Of a stretch of DNA of 64,000 nt, positions 28,302 to 42,100 are shown piece after piece (the stretch's first letter is position 1; each line of letters starts with the position of its first letter). This DNA comes from a virus. Its lineage: Duplodnaviria > Caudoviricetes. The DNA is taken from the IMG/VR virus record IMGVR_UViG_3300027971_004105; one strand, written 5' to 3'. The notes beneath the pieces are model-generated. The model searched no databases. It saw only the letters and a list, made by a program, of their open reading frames with translations, and was not told the DNA's origin. Position numbers and translations under genes: made by a program.

Positions 28302-30530
28302 TTAAACGGTTGATGTTAAATTGCTGTGGAAAGTCCAAGCTCCACCTGAAACTATGAATTGTTTTAATGCTCTGCTAACAGTGGTGCTAACTGCTCCTGT
28401 AACAGGGCCAAAAGCCACATCTTGCAGCACAGTTTTGTTGGAATTACCTACTGCTGGTGTTCTGGTCACTGCAGCACTGCTGGATGTGTACAATGCACCT
28501 GATACTGCATCAATAGTAGGAATAGTGGCTGAAATGTTGATGTCAAATTGTGTGCTGGGAATGGCGTTTTCAATCACTTTGGCCACAGTGTAAGTGCCAT
28601 CAAATCCTGTGGGAGCAAATACTCCTGTGCCTGAACTTCCAGTGATGGTCACTGTGTTGCCCACTTCATAAAAATGTCCTGATGGTGTGGTGATACGTAT
28701 ATGGCCTGGATCCAACAGAGCAGCACCACTGAGATATGTTTGAATGGTCTGCACTGTGTTGGGAGCAGCACTCAATGTTTGATCCACTGCTGTGAAAGAT
28801 TCATCCAGAGCTGATTCAATGTTGGCTCCTGGAATATTCACTGTTAAAGATCCAAATTCCACTGTGTGTACTCTGGCTATTCTGCCTGCAGCACTGGCTG
28901 GTATGCCCAATCCTGCTCCAGCATATCCTGCAGGTGGATACAAGTCTGATAATAATCTTATAATACTGCCATTCACTCCACCTGACAATACGGAAAATCC
29001 TGTGATGTCTGCCACTAGACTGATAGGCAAGTAACCATCCACATAATCTTTTCTCACTGCATCTGTGGCAGCTGTAGGTGTTCCTAATCCAGTGATTCTA
29101 GCAGAACCTTGAATAGAAATTATATTTGTGGCTGCTTGTAATTGTAAATTTTGTCCACTTTGGCTGCTCAGAGTGATACCTTGCAATCTTAAATTGTCCA
29201 CATTCAAAGGTCCTGTTAAAGTACCCAGCGATGTCAATCCTGGAGCACTGGCAATGGTTGATCCCAATGCAGTGGCTGACAGCACTGTGACGCCATTTAT
29301 TTTGTATTCTTTGCCTGTGGCTAAATTTACGTGTTCTGAACTGCTCCAAGCAGTGGTACCTGATTGCCATAATAGTGTTTTATCAGTCACTGATGATTTT
29401 AATACAATACCCCCACCTGACACATATGAGTCATTGCCCAAAGGTGTTCCAGTGATAGTGGCCAGTTCAATGGTTTTATCTTCCACTCTAAGATCTTCCA
29501 CAATGGCTGACGTGCCTGTGCCTTCAATGTTTAAATTGCCTTGAATTCTCACATCACCTGCAATGTCCAAAGTTCTTGTGGGTGTGGTATTGAATATTCC
29601 CACTCTGCCAGTGCTGGTGGTCAAAGATGTGGTGTATGTGGTGGCATCTATGTACACAGCTGATACCTCTGCTGGATTTGACACATTGATTGATATGTCT
29701 GATTCACTCACATTATTTTTAATAATGCTAGCATTGGGCAAACTCACACTGCCATATTTCAAAGTTAGATTGTCGTTCAATCCTATGGTGAGTCCGCCGT
29801 TGTTTTGAATTTTTAAAGTGCCAGTGGTGATGTCATTGGCATCAGATCTCAGCAATGAATCAGCCATTATGGTATTGCCCAGACCATCTATCAATGATTC
29901 TGCTTTGAGAGCAATGCCTCTGTATTTGTATGCTGTGTTGGTTAAATTAAATCCTTGATAAATTATTCCTGTGGGATTACTGCCTGACACCAATTCTGAA
30001 ATCAATTGACTGATTACTGGAGTAAATTCTACCGCACTCCATACTCCTATCAATGTGTTGCCCACAAAAAATTTCAGTATGGTTCTGGTTTGATTTTGTG
30101 TGTCCAATTTAGATTCTGTAACAAATCCACTCACACCTTGGCTTTCTGTGAAGATAGGACCAACTAAAACCAAGTCTGAACCATCAAAAAATTTCATCTG
30201 GTTGTTCAAACTGTCTATCCATATATCTCCAGCAGCTAGATTGGGCTGTGTGGAACTCACTATGATACCATTGGTGCTGAATTCTGTGCCATTGTAGACT
30301 TTCAATCTATTTTCTGATGTGTCATACCACAACTGTCCACGCAAAGGATTTGCAGGAGCAGAAGAACTGGCAAAATTTTCCAGCATCTTCACAAAGTTTT
30401 CGTTGATCAGTTCTCCAAATCCTTTGTAGTTTCTTCCTATCAGTGTGATGTCCGACGATTCTGTGTTGATTGTACCGTCAATCAAATCCACCAATAAAGT
30501 GCCATCTGTTTTGTTAATTTTATAACTCAT
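28302..30530 (-). CDS. Tail fibre protein
   Basis: Same N-terminal module, GIFNTTPTRTLDIAGD repeat, and a small beta domain (H..EVGNTVTITG...FDGTYTV) near the C-terminus. Confidence 0.75.
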   Translation of the reverse strand: MSYKINKTDGTLLVDLIDGTINTESSDITLIGRNYKGFGELINENFVKMLENFASSSAPANPLRGQLWYDTSENRLKVYNGTEFSTNGIIVSSTQPNLAAGDIWIDSLNNQMKFFDGSDLVLVGPIFTESQGVSGFVTESKLDTQNQTRTILKFFVGNTLIGVWSAVEFTPVISQLISELVSGSNPTGIIYQGFNLTNTAYKYRGIALKAESLIDGLGNTIMADSLLRSDANDITTGTLKIQNNGGLTIGLNDNLTLKYGSVSLPNASIIKNNVSESDISINVSNPAEVSAVYIDATTYTTSLTTSTGRVGIFNTTPTRTLDIAGDVRIQGNLNIEGTGTSAIVEDLRVEDKTIELATITGTPLGNDSYVSGGGIVLKSSVTDKTLLWQSGTTAWSSSEHVNLATGKEYKINGVTVLSATALGSTIASAPGLTSLGTLTGPLNVDNLRLQGITLSSQSGQNLQLQAATNIISIQGSARITGLGTPTAATDAVRKDYVDGYLPISLVADITGFSVLSGGVNGSIIRLLSDLYPPAGYAGAGLGIPASAAGRIARVHTVEFGSLTVNIPGANIESALDESFTAVDQTLSAAPNTVQTIQTYLSGAALLDPGHIRITTPSGHFYEVGNTVTITGSSGTGVFAPTGFDGTYTVAKVIENAIPSTQFDINISATIPTIDAVSGALYTSSSAAVTRTPAVGNSNKTVLQDVAFGPVTGAVSTTVSRALKQFIVSGGAWTFHSNLTSTV

Positions 30531-32548
30531 TAGTTGCTCTGTCCTGTGTAGATAATATAGTTCACTGTGGTGAATGGGTTCATAACATCCTGAGCATTGC
30601 CCAAAGATCCTGACAAAACACCTCCGCTGCTGGGCAGTGCAGATCCTTGACCTGATCCTGTGGGAGCGTCATACGTGATTGCTGTGGTTTCTCCTGCGCC
30701 TATGCCCGGCACATCTCTAACAGCATAGTATTGAGCACCTGCTGCTCCTTGTAAATCGTGTTCGTGATCAGGCAAGTTGGTCACTGGAATCACTTTGCTT
30801 TCATCACCACCAAATCCGCCCACACTGTCTGCTGCTGTGGCAGTGACTCTGTTGGCACTGGTTCCGCCCATGTTGTCTTTGCCCAGAGGCATACGGCCTC
30901 GTAAATCTGGAGTTCGAAAATATCCTGCTGTAGCTACGCCAAACGACGAACCTATCACTGCGTATAATTCTGGATAAGTGCCTATCACATATTCTGTGCC
31001 ATCACACAACAACCAATGTGTGGGTGCTGAGGATCCACCAAACGGTGTGATCATACCTGTGGGTATTTTAGCAATGGCATCAAATAGATTGTCTCTACTG
31101 ATTTTAAAAACGCCTGTGGTACCACTGACTCTGTTTAAAATAAATTCATCGCTGTTTTGACTGGTGCCTGTGGCAGTTTTGCTGGCTATAAATCCATTAC
31201 TGATGCTGGTAGCAAAAGTTTTTACTGTGCCTCCAGTTTGTCCATCAAAAGTAAAACTTGGAGCACTCACATCTCCTGACATTTGAAAAGTGGTCTGACT
31301 GGTAAGTTTATTACTGGTTCCAGCTGCTCCACTCACTGTACCGCTCACGTTACCTACTAGGTTGCCCACAAATGAATTGGCATAAACGTTTAAAAATCTG
31401 TTTGTCACAGTGCCTATGTCATAGGTATTATTGTTCACTGTTATAATATTTCTCACTGTGATATCATCTTCAAAAGTTGCAGTATCACCCACACGCAATT
31501 GTTTGGCAATGCCCACTCCACCTTTTACAATCAACGCTCCTGTGCCCACGCTGACACTGTCTGTCACGGCATCCACATACAATTCGCCACTGGCTTTGAT
31601 ATTGCCTGTGACATCCAATGCTTCACTGGGTGCTAAATTATTGATACCCACGTTGGTGTTGGAATCCAATCTCAATACTGTTTTGGTTGTGCCAGCATCA
31701 TTCACTCTAAAATCAATGTTGGCTCCTGAAGTTCTATGACTGAATACTGCTGCTTGACTTTCCACTCCCAGATTGAATATGGCAGTGTTACCCACATCCA
31801 AACCTGCATTGTTGTTAATTTTCAATGAAAAATCAGCAATGTTGGCTTTGTCTTTTCTTAAAAAATTCGATCCTGCTACCACTTCACTGTTGGCTGCTAT
31901 CAAAGATTCTGCTTTTTGTGATGTGCCATAAAATTTTCCCACTCCTGATCCTTCAATGTCAGCCGAACTGAGATTGAATCCTGGCAGTATGCTGCTGAAT
32001 CCTGTGATAGAGGCTTTGGGTGTGAAACTTTTTGTGGAAATTATTGCCACTGGCTTGGCTTCCACTTCAATCAATACCACTGTGTATTCTAAATTGTCTG
32101 TGCCTGTGATGGTGTAAGGTTTTGTTCCTGTGCTGAGTCCTTGACTGAATTCTGGTCCTACCAACACCCAACCAGATCCTGTGAATAGATACAATTGCTG
32201 ATTGTCTGTGTCCACCCAAAGATCACCTACCACACTTTGTCCTGCCAAAGGTTGAGTGGGTGCTTTTTTTAATCCTCCTGCAGCAACAAAATTAGTTCCG
32301 TCATAAACTTTTAATTGATCCACTCCCACTGTGGTATCATACCACAGTTGTCCTTCCACAGGATTTACTGGAGCTGAGTTGTTGGCAAAATTTTCTAATA
32401 AATGTAAAAAATTTTCTGCTATGATGGTTCCATATGATGTGGTGTTACGTCCTGGTAGAGGAAGACTGGTTTGTTGATTGACTGTGCCGTCATCCACTGT
32501 GAGACTGCCTTTGCCTACCACATCTGTAAAATTTACTGTGTATGCCAT
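30530..32548 (-). CDS. Tail fibre protein with C-terminal tail-collar domain
   Basis: Same N-terminal module. IPTGMITPFGG...WLLCDG...YPELYAVIG...PDLRGR is the phage tail collar motif. Confidence 0.85.
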   Translation of the reverse strand: MAYTVNFTDVVGKGSLTVDDGTVNQQTSLPLPGRNTTSYGTIIAENFLHLLENFANNSAPVNPVEGQLWYDTTVGVDQLKVYDGTNFVAAGGLKKAPTQPLAGQSVVGDLWVDTDNQQLYLFTGSGWVLVGPEFSQGLSTGTKPYTITGTDNLEYTVVLIEVEAKPVAIISTKSFTPKASITGFSSILPGFNLSSADIEGSGVGKFYGTSQKAESLIAANSEVVAGSNFLRKDKANIADFSLKINNNAGLDVGNTAIFNLGVESQAAVFSHRTSGANIDFRVNDAGTTKTVLRLDSNTNVGINNLAPSEALDVTGNIKASGELYVDAVTDSVSVGTGALIVKGGVGIAKQLRVGDTATFEDDITVRNIITVNNNTYDIGTVTNRFLNVYANSFVGNLVGNVSGTVSGAAGTSNKLTSQTTFQMSGDVSAPSFTFDGQTGGTVKTFATSISNGFIASKTATGTSQNSDEFILNRVSGTTGVFKISRDNLFDAIAKIPTGMITPFGGSSAPTHWLLCDGTEYVIGTYPELYAVIGSSFGVATAGYFRTPDLRGRMPLGKDNMGGTSANRVTATAADSVGGFGGDESKVIPVTNLPDHEHDLQGAAGAQYYAVRDVPGIGAGETTAITYDAPTGSGQGSALPSSGGVLSGSLGNAQDVMNPFTTVNYIIYTGQSN

Positions 32549-32555
32549 CTATCTA

Positions 32556-33161
32556 TTAAACTCCTGAAAGGCTTTGTATTCTAACTGTGTAATCTATTTG
32601 TATTAATCTGTTTAAACTTTTTTGTACAGGATGAAAAATTACATGTGTTAATAATCTTCCTGTGCCTGAACTGGAATAACTTCTTAATCCTAATTCATCA
32701 AACACATATAAACTTTCTGTGCCTGTGGCTGCATCCACTGCATCTTGACCGCTGGGCTCACCATAGTCCAATAAACATGTGACTAAAATATCTGTGTAGT
32801 TGGTTCCATTCACGTGACGTGTTTCAATTTTATTTCTCACTGGATCAGTGTTGCTCACTGAACGATCATCCACCACTTTGCTGAATGTTTGATTGTACAA
32901 TGCAGCGTTGGTTCCTGTGCTGTTGGGAGTTAGATAGGTCACGATACCTGTGGGATCAATATAGGTACCTCCGGTACCAAACACCATGGAATTGATAAAT
33001 CCCTGACCTTCATTGGCCAAACTTTCTGCCATTGCTATGCTCATGTTTTCATAGTGAATAGCATTGCGTTTGTTCACCAATATTTCACCTGTTTTTGGGT
33101 CGTGTATTTTGATATGTCCTTGTATCAATGTGCCGTTGTATTCTTTGAATTTATCTATCAT
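32556..33161 (-). CDS. Conserved virion/tail-fibre attachment-type protein (hypothetical)
   Basis: IQGHIKI...NAIH...FDELGL...HPVQKSLNRLIQIDYTVRI. Late promoter ATAAATA at 33181-33187. Confidence 0.55.
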   Translation of the reverse strand: MIDKFKEYNGTLIQGHIKIHDPKTGEILVNKRNAIHYENMSIAMAESLANEGQGFINSMVFGTGGTYIDPTGIVTYLTPNSTGTNAALYNQTFSKVVDDRSVSNTDPVRNKIETRHVNGTNYTDILVTCLLDYGEPSGQDAVDAATGTESLYVFDELGLRSYSSSGTGRLLTHVIFHPVQKSLNRLIQIDYTVRIQSLSGV

Positions 33162-33183
33162 AATATCCTTTTGTACATTGTAT

Positions 33184-36100
33184 TTATTGCGGCAAACTCA
33201 CTTCTTTTGCACGCAAGAATCTTGCTATGTCATTCTCCGTTTGACTCAAAGGAGTGCTGTTGTTCCATAATTTACCTATCCTACGCACCACAATAATCTT
33301 GGTATTTACTGGTGGTGCCACCAATAAAGTGCAGATAGTGGATGTGCCTGACACACTGAATTCAGCTGGTAAGATCACATCTGCTTCAGGACTGTCCATG
33401 CCCAAAGTGGCATTGTAGCTACGGATGCTGTTTTTTCTCAATCTACGGCCTGCCACAAACACTTCAAACTCATTCACTGACTGAGGTATCCAACTTAAAG
33501 TGATGTTTTCAGTGGATCCATCACTGGTGAATATTTCGGTAATGGTTTCATCTTTGTAAGGCACTGTTTGGAATGCTGATTGATCAAACACTTCAGTGCC
33601 CGATTCATAATTGTCTTTGACACCTGTGCCCAGTGTGCCTCTGCGCAGTTGACCCACTCTGTCTGCAAACAACAAGAAGTATTCTATTCTTTCTCCATCA
33701 ATAAACAACACTCCTGGTCTACCCAAACTCACATTTGGTTCTGTTAATCCCACTGTATCGCTTAATAATATTTCTTGACTGTACCAATGCAATGTTTGAG
33801 TAAGATAATATTTGTTGTCATTGCCCAAACGTTTGTAATGTGTTCTGTTCAGCATGTCCTTGAACTGTCTGAAACCAAATTTGGACACATATTTAGGTGC
33901 GGTAAAATGTATAATATCTATCACATCATTGGCCTGAATGGTAGATTTTATCTTTAATGTTTGCTGATCATTGAACACTTTGTAATCCACGCTGGGAGAT
34001 AATACTGTGCCATTGATGGCCACCCAAACATACTGTGCATCCACAGCTGATTGTCTCAATCTCACAATACCGTTGGTTAGATTTTGATATTCAAAGTAAT
34101 TGTTGGAATCCACCACCAAGGTGTCTCTGGCAATGATATCATAATTTGTTCTTTCTATCTGCAACACATCATGATTGGTAAACTGCCAAACTTTAATAGT
34201 TTGTCCCAATGTGGGTGCTGTGTCCAAAGTCAAAGTGTATCCACCAGATCCTCCTATCACATAATCACCGTCACTGATCACATACACTTTTAAAATGTCT
34301 CCCACAGTGCCTATGCCAGCTTCCAACACCACACTGCTGTTGGCACTTTCCCAACGATATTCCACAGAGTTTAATTCTACACCATTCAAAAATGCTCTTA
34401 CATCAGTTCTCAGTACTGAACCAAAAGGTTGTTGCCAACTTTTGAGAGCATATTCTCTCACTGCTGTGACATTGAATCTTTCATTGTAACCAGCATTTAA
34501 AATATTGTTGCCCACTTTCACTATCACATTGTGTGTCAAAGGTTCTTGGTTGAAAGGAGTTTGACTCAAATCATACACAATGGTCGAACCGTCACCAGTG
34601 AATTCATCATAGGTTACTTCACTGAATGTTTTGCTGACGCTGCTGTAAATCACATAAGTGATCACACTGCCCACTGCTGGAGGCACTGCAAATCTTATCA
34701 GTGTTTTGTTGGTGTATTGATAACCACTGTCAGTTTCTTCCAACACATAAGTTGCTGTTTGTCCATTTACCTTCACAAAAGAAGATTGATTGATATTGAA
34801 TTTTGCTCTGGTCACAAATATAAATGTGCTGCCATCTCCTGTGAATACATCTGTGTCCACAATTTTTTCACCATTCATGCTCATAGTGATAATATTGATT
34901 TGAGCATTGTTGGCTGGCACACTGTTCAATACTACTGTTTTGTTGGCAAAGTTTGTGGTGAAAGCTGAATTGTCCAATATCTGATTGTTCACTTTCACAA
35001 ACACACCTTCTTGACTTTGTGGCAATGAGTCTATGGCAAACACAGACGTGCTGCTATCACCTAAATAATTGTAACTGTTGATTCTGCTGCCGGTTTCTCC
35101 TGATCTATCATACACCTGTATGTCCACAGTGTCCAATACCTGTCCTGGCACCAATTCTTCTGGACCTTTGCTGGTGGTAGGAGTCACAAATCCATCACCA
35201 TCCACAATGATATCTTGTGATAAAATTCCTGTTGCTGTGTTGTAGGCCAGATCACCACCCTGCAGCAGTGTGTCATAGGCATCTGGGTCTGGCAAGAAGC
35301 TGCCATCACTGGTGCTTTTGCGTATCACTATCACATCATTGGCCACTGTGGGTATCAATTGTTCATTTATTTGAATCACTGTGGTTGATCCATCACCTTG
35401 AATGGTTTTCATCAATGCGTTGGGATTGGTTACTGGTTGAGCAGTGCCGTAGTTGGGATCATCTATTCTCACACCGTTCTTGTAGATGTTGTAGATTGCT
35501 CCTGCAGACAACGCTTGACTCAAATTAAATGTGTTGGTACTGCCGTCCAATCTAAACACTTCATCTTCATAAGTGGTGTCATAGGTATCCCAAGTGGTGG
35601 TAAAATATGGTTCTGAATCCCATCCTGTGCCACCGCCAAATGACAAGCTGCGTACTTCCACTCCACCGTAGTCTATGCCTTCTATCAGTTGAGACAAATC
35701 GTTGCCCAACATGCCTGTGATAGGTTCATATAGATGATTCACTCTGTCTTGAGTTTGCAACACATTGGCATCTATCTCATATTGAATTTGAATAGCACTG
35801 CCCAATGCTGGTGGTTGTTCAAAAGTTACTCTGCCTTGAGTTCTCAAGTATGATTTTGTGTTGTCTTCTTCGTTACTGTACACATATTCGCTGAACAACG
35901 CAGGTCTTTGATTCACTATCACTTTGACTTTGCTGGATTTGAGATTGATGGGCCATTTCAAAGAGTATGTCAATTGATTGCCTGTGCCTACAAAAGTTTC
36001 TGTTCTTGTTAGATTGCTGATCAATAAAGTGCCAGTGGTTCTATCAAATTTAACTCTGATGTGTGTGGATTTGATCAATGAATCTCCCAATATGGCCACT

Positions 36101-39100
36101 GCTTGACCTGCCACACCTGTGGTGGACAATGAGCCAGATATGTTCACTGTGGGTGCTGATAGATAACCAGATCCTGAATCCACTATCTGAATGTGTGTTA
36201 ATCTGCCATTGCTCACGAATGCTTTGGCTGTGGCTCCTGTGCCTCCACCACCTGTGATGGTAATCGTAGGAGTTCCCAAATATCCACTGCCCACATTGGA
36301 TATTTTAATTGTTGTGACTTTGAATCCCACATTATCCAACCAGTGTTTGTTGGGATAAATGCTGGTGATATTTGAATTTGCAATTTGATCATTGATAACT
36401 TTGGCATAACTCACCACAATTTTTTTAGATACTGGATCATAAGTGGCTGGTAGATCAAAATCAGTGACATTCACTCTGGAATTATCAATGGATTCATAAG
36501 CACTGATGTATTCTCTCACTTTGGTTTTGTAAGGTTTTACTTCATTGATGTAATCTTGATAATTGGATAAATTATCATTTTTATAAACCACACGCTGATT
36601 AAGTTCCCCCACATTGTGTTGAGCTTTGACAAAACTAGTTTTGAATGCCCAATCCACAAAAGATTGTTCAGAAAACACATATCTCAAACTGGAGAAGAAT
36701 AATTTATTGTATTCCACTTCCAATTCATCCACAAAAATGTTGTCTCTTAAAGTTTCTAAAATAATTCTTGTTTCTGTGATGGGTTGATTGTCATAAACTG
36801 TGACATCATAACTGGTACTGTTGAATCCCACAGTGGATTGAGAAAAATTATATAAAGAATTAGAAAATTGCACAGTTCCATTCTGTCTACCTATGGTTTT
36901 GTAATTAATTGTGTAGTCCACATCATTTTGATTGTCAATTTTTTCTAATAATACCCAACCACCAGTGCCTACGTTTTCAATTTTAACAATATCTCCCAAT
37001 TCATCATTGATTAATAAAAGTTTATAGCTGTCTGACACTGTGTGATTAACTTCAGTAAATTTACTGTAACCCACACTGTACCAATCATCATAACTCCAAT
37101 GCTGATTAACATTGTATTTTTGAGATAAAATTCTTTGCCATTCCAACAAATCAGAGTCCCATTGATGAATGGACCATTTATTACCAATTTCAGAATCTGA
37201 TTGTATCAACACACTGAATTTTCTCACTTCAATTCTTGTGTTGGCACTGTAGTTGCTGCCTTGTTTGTTCACTGTGACTGATGTGATCTGTCCTGATATG
37301 TTGATTTCAAACTCTAATTCAGCACCTGATCCTGTTCCTGGTGAATCAATAATTTTATATGTTGGAACTACTCTGTAACCTCTGCCAGGATTCACTATAG
37401 ACACATCAACAATTTTATTGTTTTGTATCACAGGAATCAATACTGCTTGTTCAATGTTAGCTGTGCCCACGAATGATAAGTCAGCCAATGTGTCTTTGGT
37501 TAAATCATACAATCTTGTTATGGTGCTGGGAGATTCCTCAAATTCATTCAGTCTGCTGATGTCACGTGTGTCTGTGATTAAATTTGTTTTACAAACAGCA
37601 TTTGCTCTTTCAATCACTTGTTTGAGTGCTTCAATACGATTGACAAACCATCCTTGTCTAGGTTTTCTCAATGTGCCATATTTGTATTTGAAACTTAAAT
37701 TTTCATCTGGCACTGATCTGAATTGTTCATCATAACCAATCAAACTGTTGAACCAAACAGCTTCAATTTCTTTTTTGGGTTTGCTGTATGGAATTCCTTC
37801 ACTGATCAATTGAAATTCATTGTGAATGTTGATGTCTTGATTTTTAATGGTCCAAATTTTAAAGTTTATTGCTGTGTCTTTGTTTTCCAAAAAATTATCA
37901 ATGTTGTTCACAGCAAATTGATTTTTAGACAACAGCGACACAAACTTATAGCCTTGTTTTTTAGGATCTTCTATCAATTGAAACACTTCATAAGCACTTA
38001 ATTTTCTGCTGTCAATGTTGGGTAATGTTTTTTTATTTTTAACCCAATAGTAATATCTATTGCTAAAACTATTGGAAATAAAATCATAAACTTGTTTGGA
38101 CACATACACTGAATTGTTATATTTGGTTGTGCCGCTGATTCCCAAAACAATTCCTTGTTTGGTATCGGATAAATTATTCCATTCTGTGGGCAAGTATTTG
38201 GATTCCACCCATTCATACACATCTATGGAAGAACCTGGAAATATTTTATTCCAATAATTGGTTGTAAAAATAATATTGCCTTGATTGGCATCATAAAATT
38301 TTACAGTGCTTAAATCCCACCACAATCTACCCACTTGTTCTTTGTGCCAACTGTTTTGAGCATCAATGCTCAATCCGCTGATACCCACGGTGTACACTGC
38401 AGGATCATAGTAAGTTTTGTAATATAACTCTTGTTCAGCTATGCCAGCAATTTTGCCTTGAATAGGATCTATATAATCTAATTTTTGCAATAACTTATTG
38501 TTCTTTGTATTGTATAGAAAAATTTCTTTTATCTTGTCAACATCAACAGACATCACAGGAGTTTTATGAGCATTCCATGTTTGAGTTAGATTTGGTTTTC
38601 TAAAATCAAAAATTAATCCTTCAGTGTAAGGAGAACTGTGATCATTTAGATAGTTGGATAAAGAAGCATACACATGATTGTTGTTAATTTTTATATTTTT
38701 TCCAAAATTAACAAGATCTTGATCATTCACGCTGAATTCATCAGCAAACACAAATACATTATTGAAGTTTTCATACACATATATAGACCCAGTGTCCAAT
38801 AATTTATTATTGAATGTGGTGGCACCAGCATCAAAATATGTGTTGTTGGTGTCCAAAGAAAAATTAATCTCCATGTCACCATTGAGACTGGAAATTGCCA
38901 ATGTGTCACCATCAAAATCTAAATTAGTTCCAAATTTTTCTGTGGTTTGAGGTTGAGGACTGGTGAGTGTTTGAGTATTGACATATACTCCATTGGTTTG
39001 TTTGAATACATACACCACTCCGCCATCAGTGGCTGTTTGATCTGCTTGCGGACTGCCCACTGCTATGAACATGCCGTCATTGCTGACTGCCACAGCATTG

Positions 39101-42100
39101 GCAAAATCTGTGTTGTCTTCTCCACTGTCTGGTGAAATCAATGTTTGTGAATATTGATATCTGCCATTCACCAATCTATATATCACTACCTTATTTTGTG
39201 TGGGTGAACTGCTGTCTATAAAATCTATCACGGACACTGCCAACACTGAACCTGAATCGTTCACATCAAATGTGTATCCAAAATTTTGCAATTGACTGAT
39301 GTTGATTGTGGAATCCCCTTCCAATGTGGGAGTAGAATCATCATTGGGATCATGAGGCACATATCCTTGATAATCTATGCCTTCAGTCTGTGGTTGCCAA
39401 AAAGTAGACACAAAGCTGGATGGTCCTTGATTGGTCAAACTCTTGTATATGATATTATTATAAGCTATCAAATCATTGGTACGATAGACTGAACTGATAT
39501 CAAACAGTCCTGTGTAATTGGGATCCACACTCAAATTCCAGTTTTGTGTGCTGGATTTTTTAACAAAATAAATTTTACCAGTGTCTGTGGCAGTGGCTGC
39601 TGAACTCACATACAGCGTGGTCACAGCATTGTGTTGTCTTAAAACAGTTTTTAAACCCAAGTTTGTACCGTTGTTCATGTTAGGCACAAGGTAAGAACTG
39701 GTCAATACATAATTGCCATTGGTCAATCTTTCATAAATCAAGAATAATCCTTGATTGGTCAATGCCGAAGTATATCCAAGACCAGCTGGAATATTGAACA
39801 CTTGTTCATAATCTCTATTAATTCTGGAAGGCACACTGGCTGCTCTGCTCACTCCATCCTGTGTGATATCTTGATACAAATAATATTCCAAACCATTTAT
39901 AAAATGATATGCGCTGTTGCTGGTAGGAACTAGAGCAGATCCTTGATCAAACACAAACAATGAGCCCACCACTGCATCTTCCAATTCACTGCGTTGAATC
40001 ACTCCCACAGTTCTATTTGGCGTGCCGATCAATGTCAAATTGACTGACGGACCAAAGTCAGTGCCCACACTGAACGATCCAGTTTTATTTTTGATATAAA
40101 TCTGTAATACATTAAAGCCCACCACTTTAACATAGGTAACTTCTGCTTGACTGCCTGTGGCATCATCCTGCACAGTGTCACCCACTGTGGGCACATAGAA
40201 TGTTCCCAAACCATCTGGTTGTGCCAACACTCTTAAAAAACCATTCCATACATCAATTATTTCTTTCACACCATTGAGATCCTCAAAAGGTAGATCCAAA
40301 GCAGTGGGTTCTGTCACTGATAGAGGAACTCCTGTCTGTATGGTGTTGAACCAAACTCCCACTTCATCATAGGTAGCCGTAGGCAGCACATCACTCATTG
40401 CTTTGGGTGCTCTGATCAAATATCTGCTGTCGTCAATGCTGCCTGTGAATGCACTGTAACCTGAAATAGTGAATTGCTTGTCATAGGTCAGTATGCTTAA
40501 CTGACTGGCAGGTGTGATAATAGTTGGCAATACTGATTGTGATTGTTGTGTGTCTAAACTGTTGAAATACAAGAAAGCTGTGCGAGGATCGCCCGCTTTG
40601 ATAATGTCTCGTATCACCAATGATTTTTTTGAGTCAGCTTGAGCTGAAACTGTGCCAGGAGAAGGTATGTTGATCAACCACCATCCTGCCAATGTGAGAT
40701 CATAATCTTCTGCAATCACTCTGGTATAATCTCCCACAGGAAACACGCCTAATTTGATCTGATCTGAATCAGCAAAATTTCCATTCACATTGCTGAGATA
40801 TATGATAGACTGTGTGCCTTGACTGAATACATAAACAACTTCTCCATCTGCATCTTCAGTGCTGAGTGTGTCTCCAACTGTTGGAGTCAGAAGAGTCAAA
40901 TCTATGTTGATAATTTCATCCACTTTCTCTTGAATGGTATGAGCACCATCAATAAAAGTTTTGTCAATGCCTGTGGCTGTGCCATTGAATGGTGTGTTGC
41001 CAGTGGGATATTCAGTGGTCAAATTATTCCAATACAACACCAAAGTGTCGCCCACTGCACTGCCTCTGTATTGTTGTGAGCCAGCTCGGATCAATAGATG
41101 ATCAGTGCTCACTCCTGCTACGGAATAGTTGCCTGTGATCATCTGTTTGATTGTGGGATAAGCATTTATGCCCGCATCAAATTCAACTTCACTCCAAAAA
41201 CTTGCAGCGTCAAATGTGGTGAAATCCACTGAAGGATCTTGACCCAACACTGGGTTTACCACTTTCCACAATTGTTCTTTGTGTTTTACAATATCACCCA
41301 CATCGTATGCAGTGATTGTTGAATAATTGCCTTTGTAATAACTTCTAACTTGAGAAGCCTTGGGCGCTCCCACCACAATATATTTCCCGTCAGCACTGAT
41401 GTCTAAACTTGCACCAAAATCAGCATTGCCAGTCCAAATGTTTTGTGGCACATCGATCACTTGTCTCAGAGTGAACTGTCCAGAATCTGATCCTCTTTTA
41501 TAAATGTAAATTCCTAGATTTAGATCAGACACTGCCATCACATTGTTGCTGCCATCCACGCTCATGGCTGTGCCATATGATGCCATAGAATCTGTGTTAA
41601 AGTTGACAATCTGCTGATGATTTTGCCAAACTTTATTATTTTTTAAAGTGACCCATTCAGCATTGTTGTCATCTTCCACCCAAAACAGATCATTGTTTTT
41701 GAATCCACCCGAGTCTTGGGCCTTGGCGTTGATAGATTCTAAATTTGAAAGTTTGTTACTGACAAAGGTGCCCAAATATCCATGAGAAGATCCATCATTC
41801 ACGGTCAACACTGTGTTGCCGTTTTTATGACATACTATTTGATCCAGTGACACAGTTTTTACTTTGAACAATTGTTTGGAATTCTGTTGCGGTATGCTCA
41901 CAGATATTATGTCATCCACAGACACATTGCTGTACAAATCTGTTACCACAGTGACCAAATTGTTGGCTTCAGTCACTGATAAAACTTTATAATCTGTTTT
42001 GATATGTTTGTAAACCTGCCAACTTTGTTTGAAAAATCCAATCCACACATATTGATCAAATTTAAGTTTGGCAGTGTCAATGGATAGTATGTCATCATAA

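Noticed and set aside
25876-32548. Diversity-generating retroelement or invertible tail-fibre cassette
   Set aside because: No reverse transcriptase, no TR/VR repeat pair, no recombinase or flanking inverted repeats seen. Similarity among the fibres is at protein level only.
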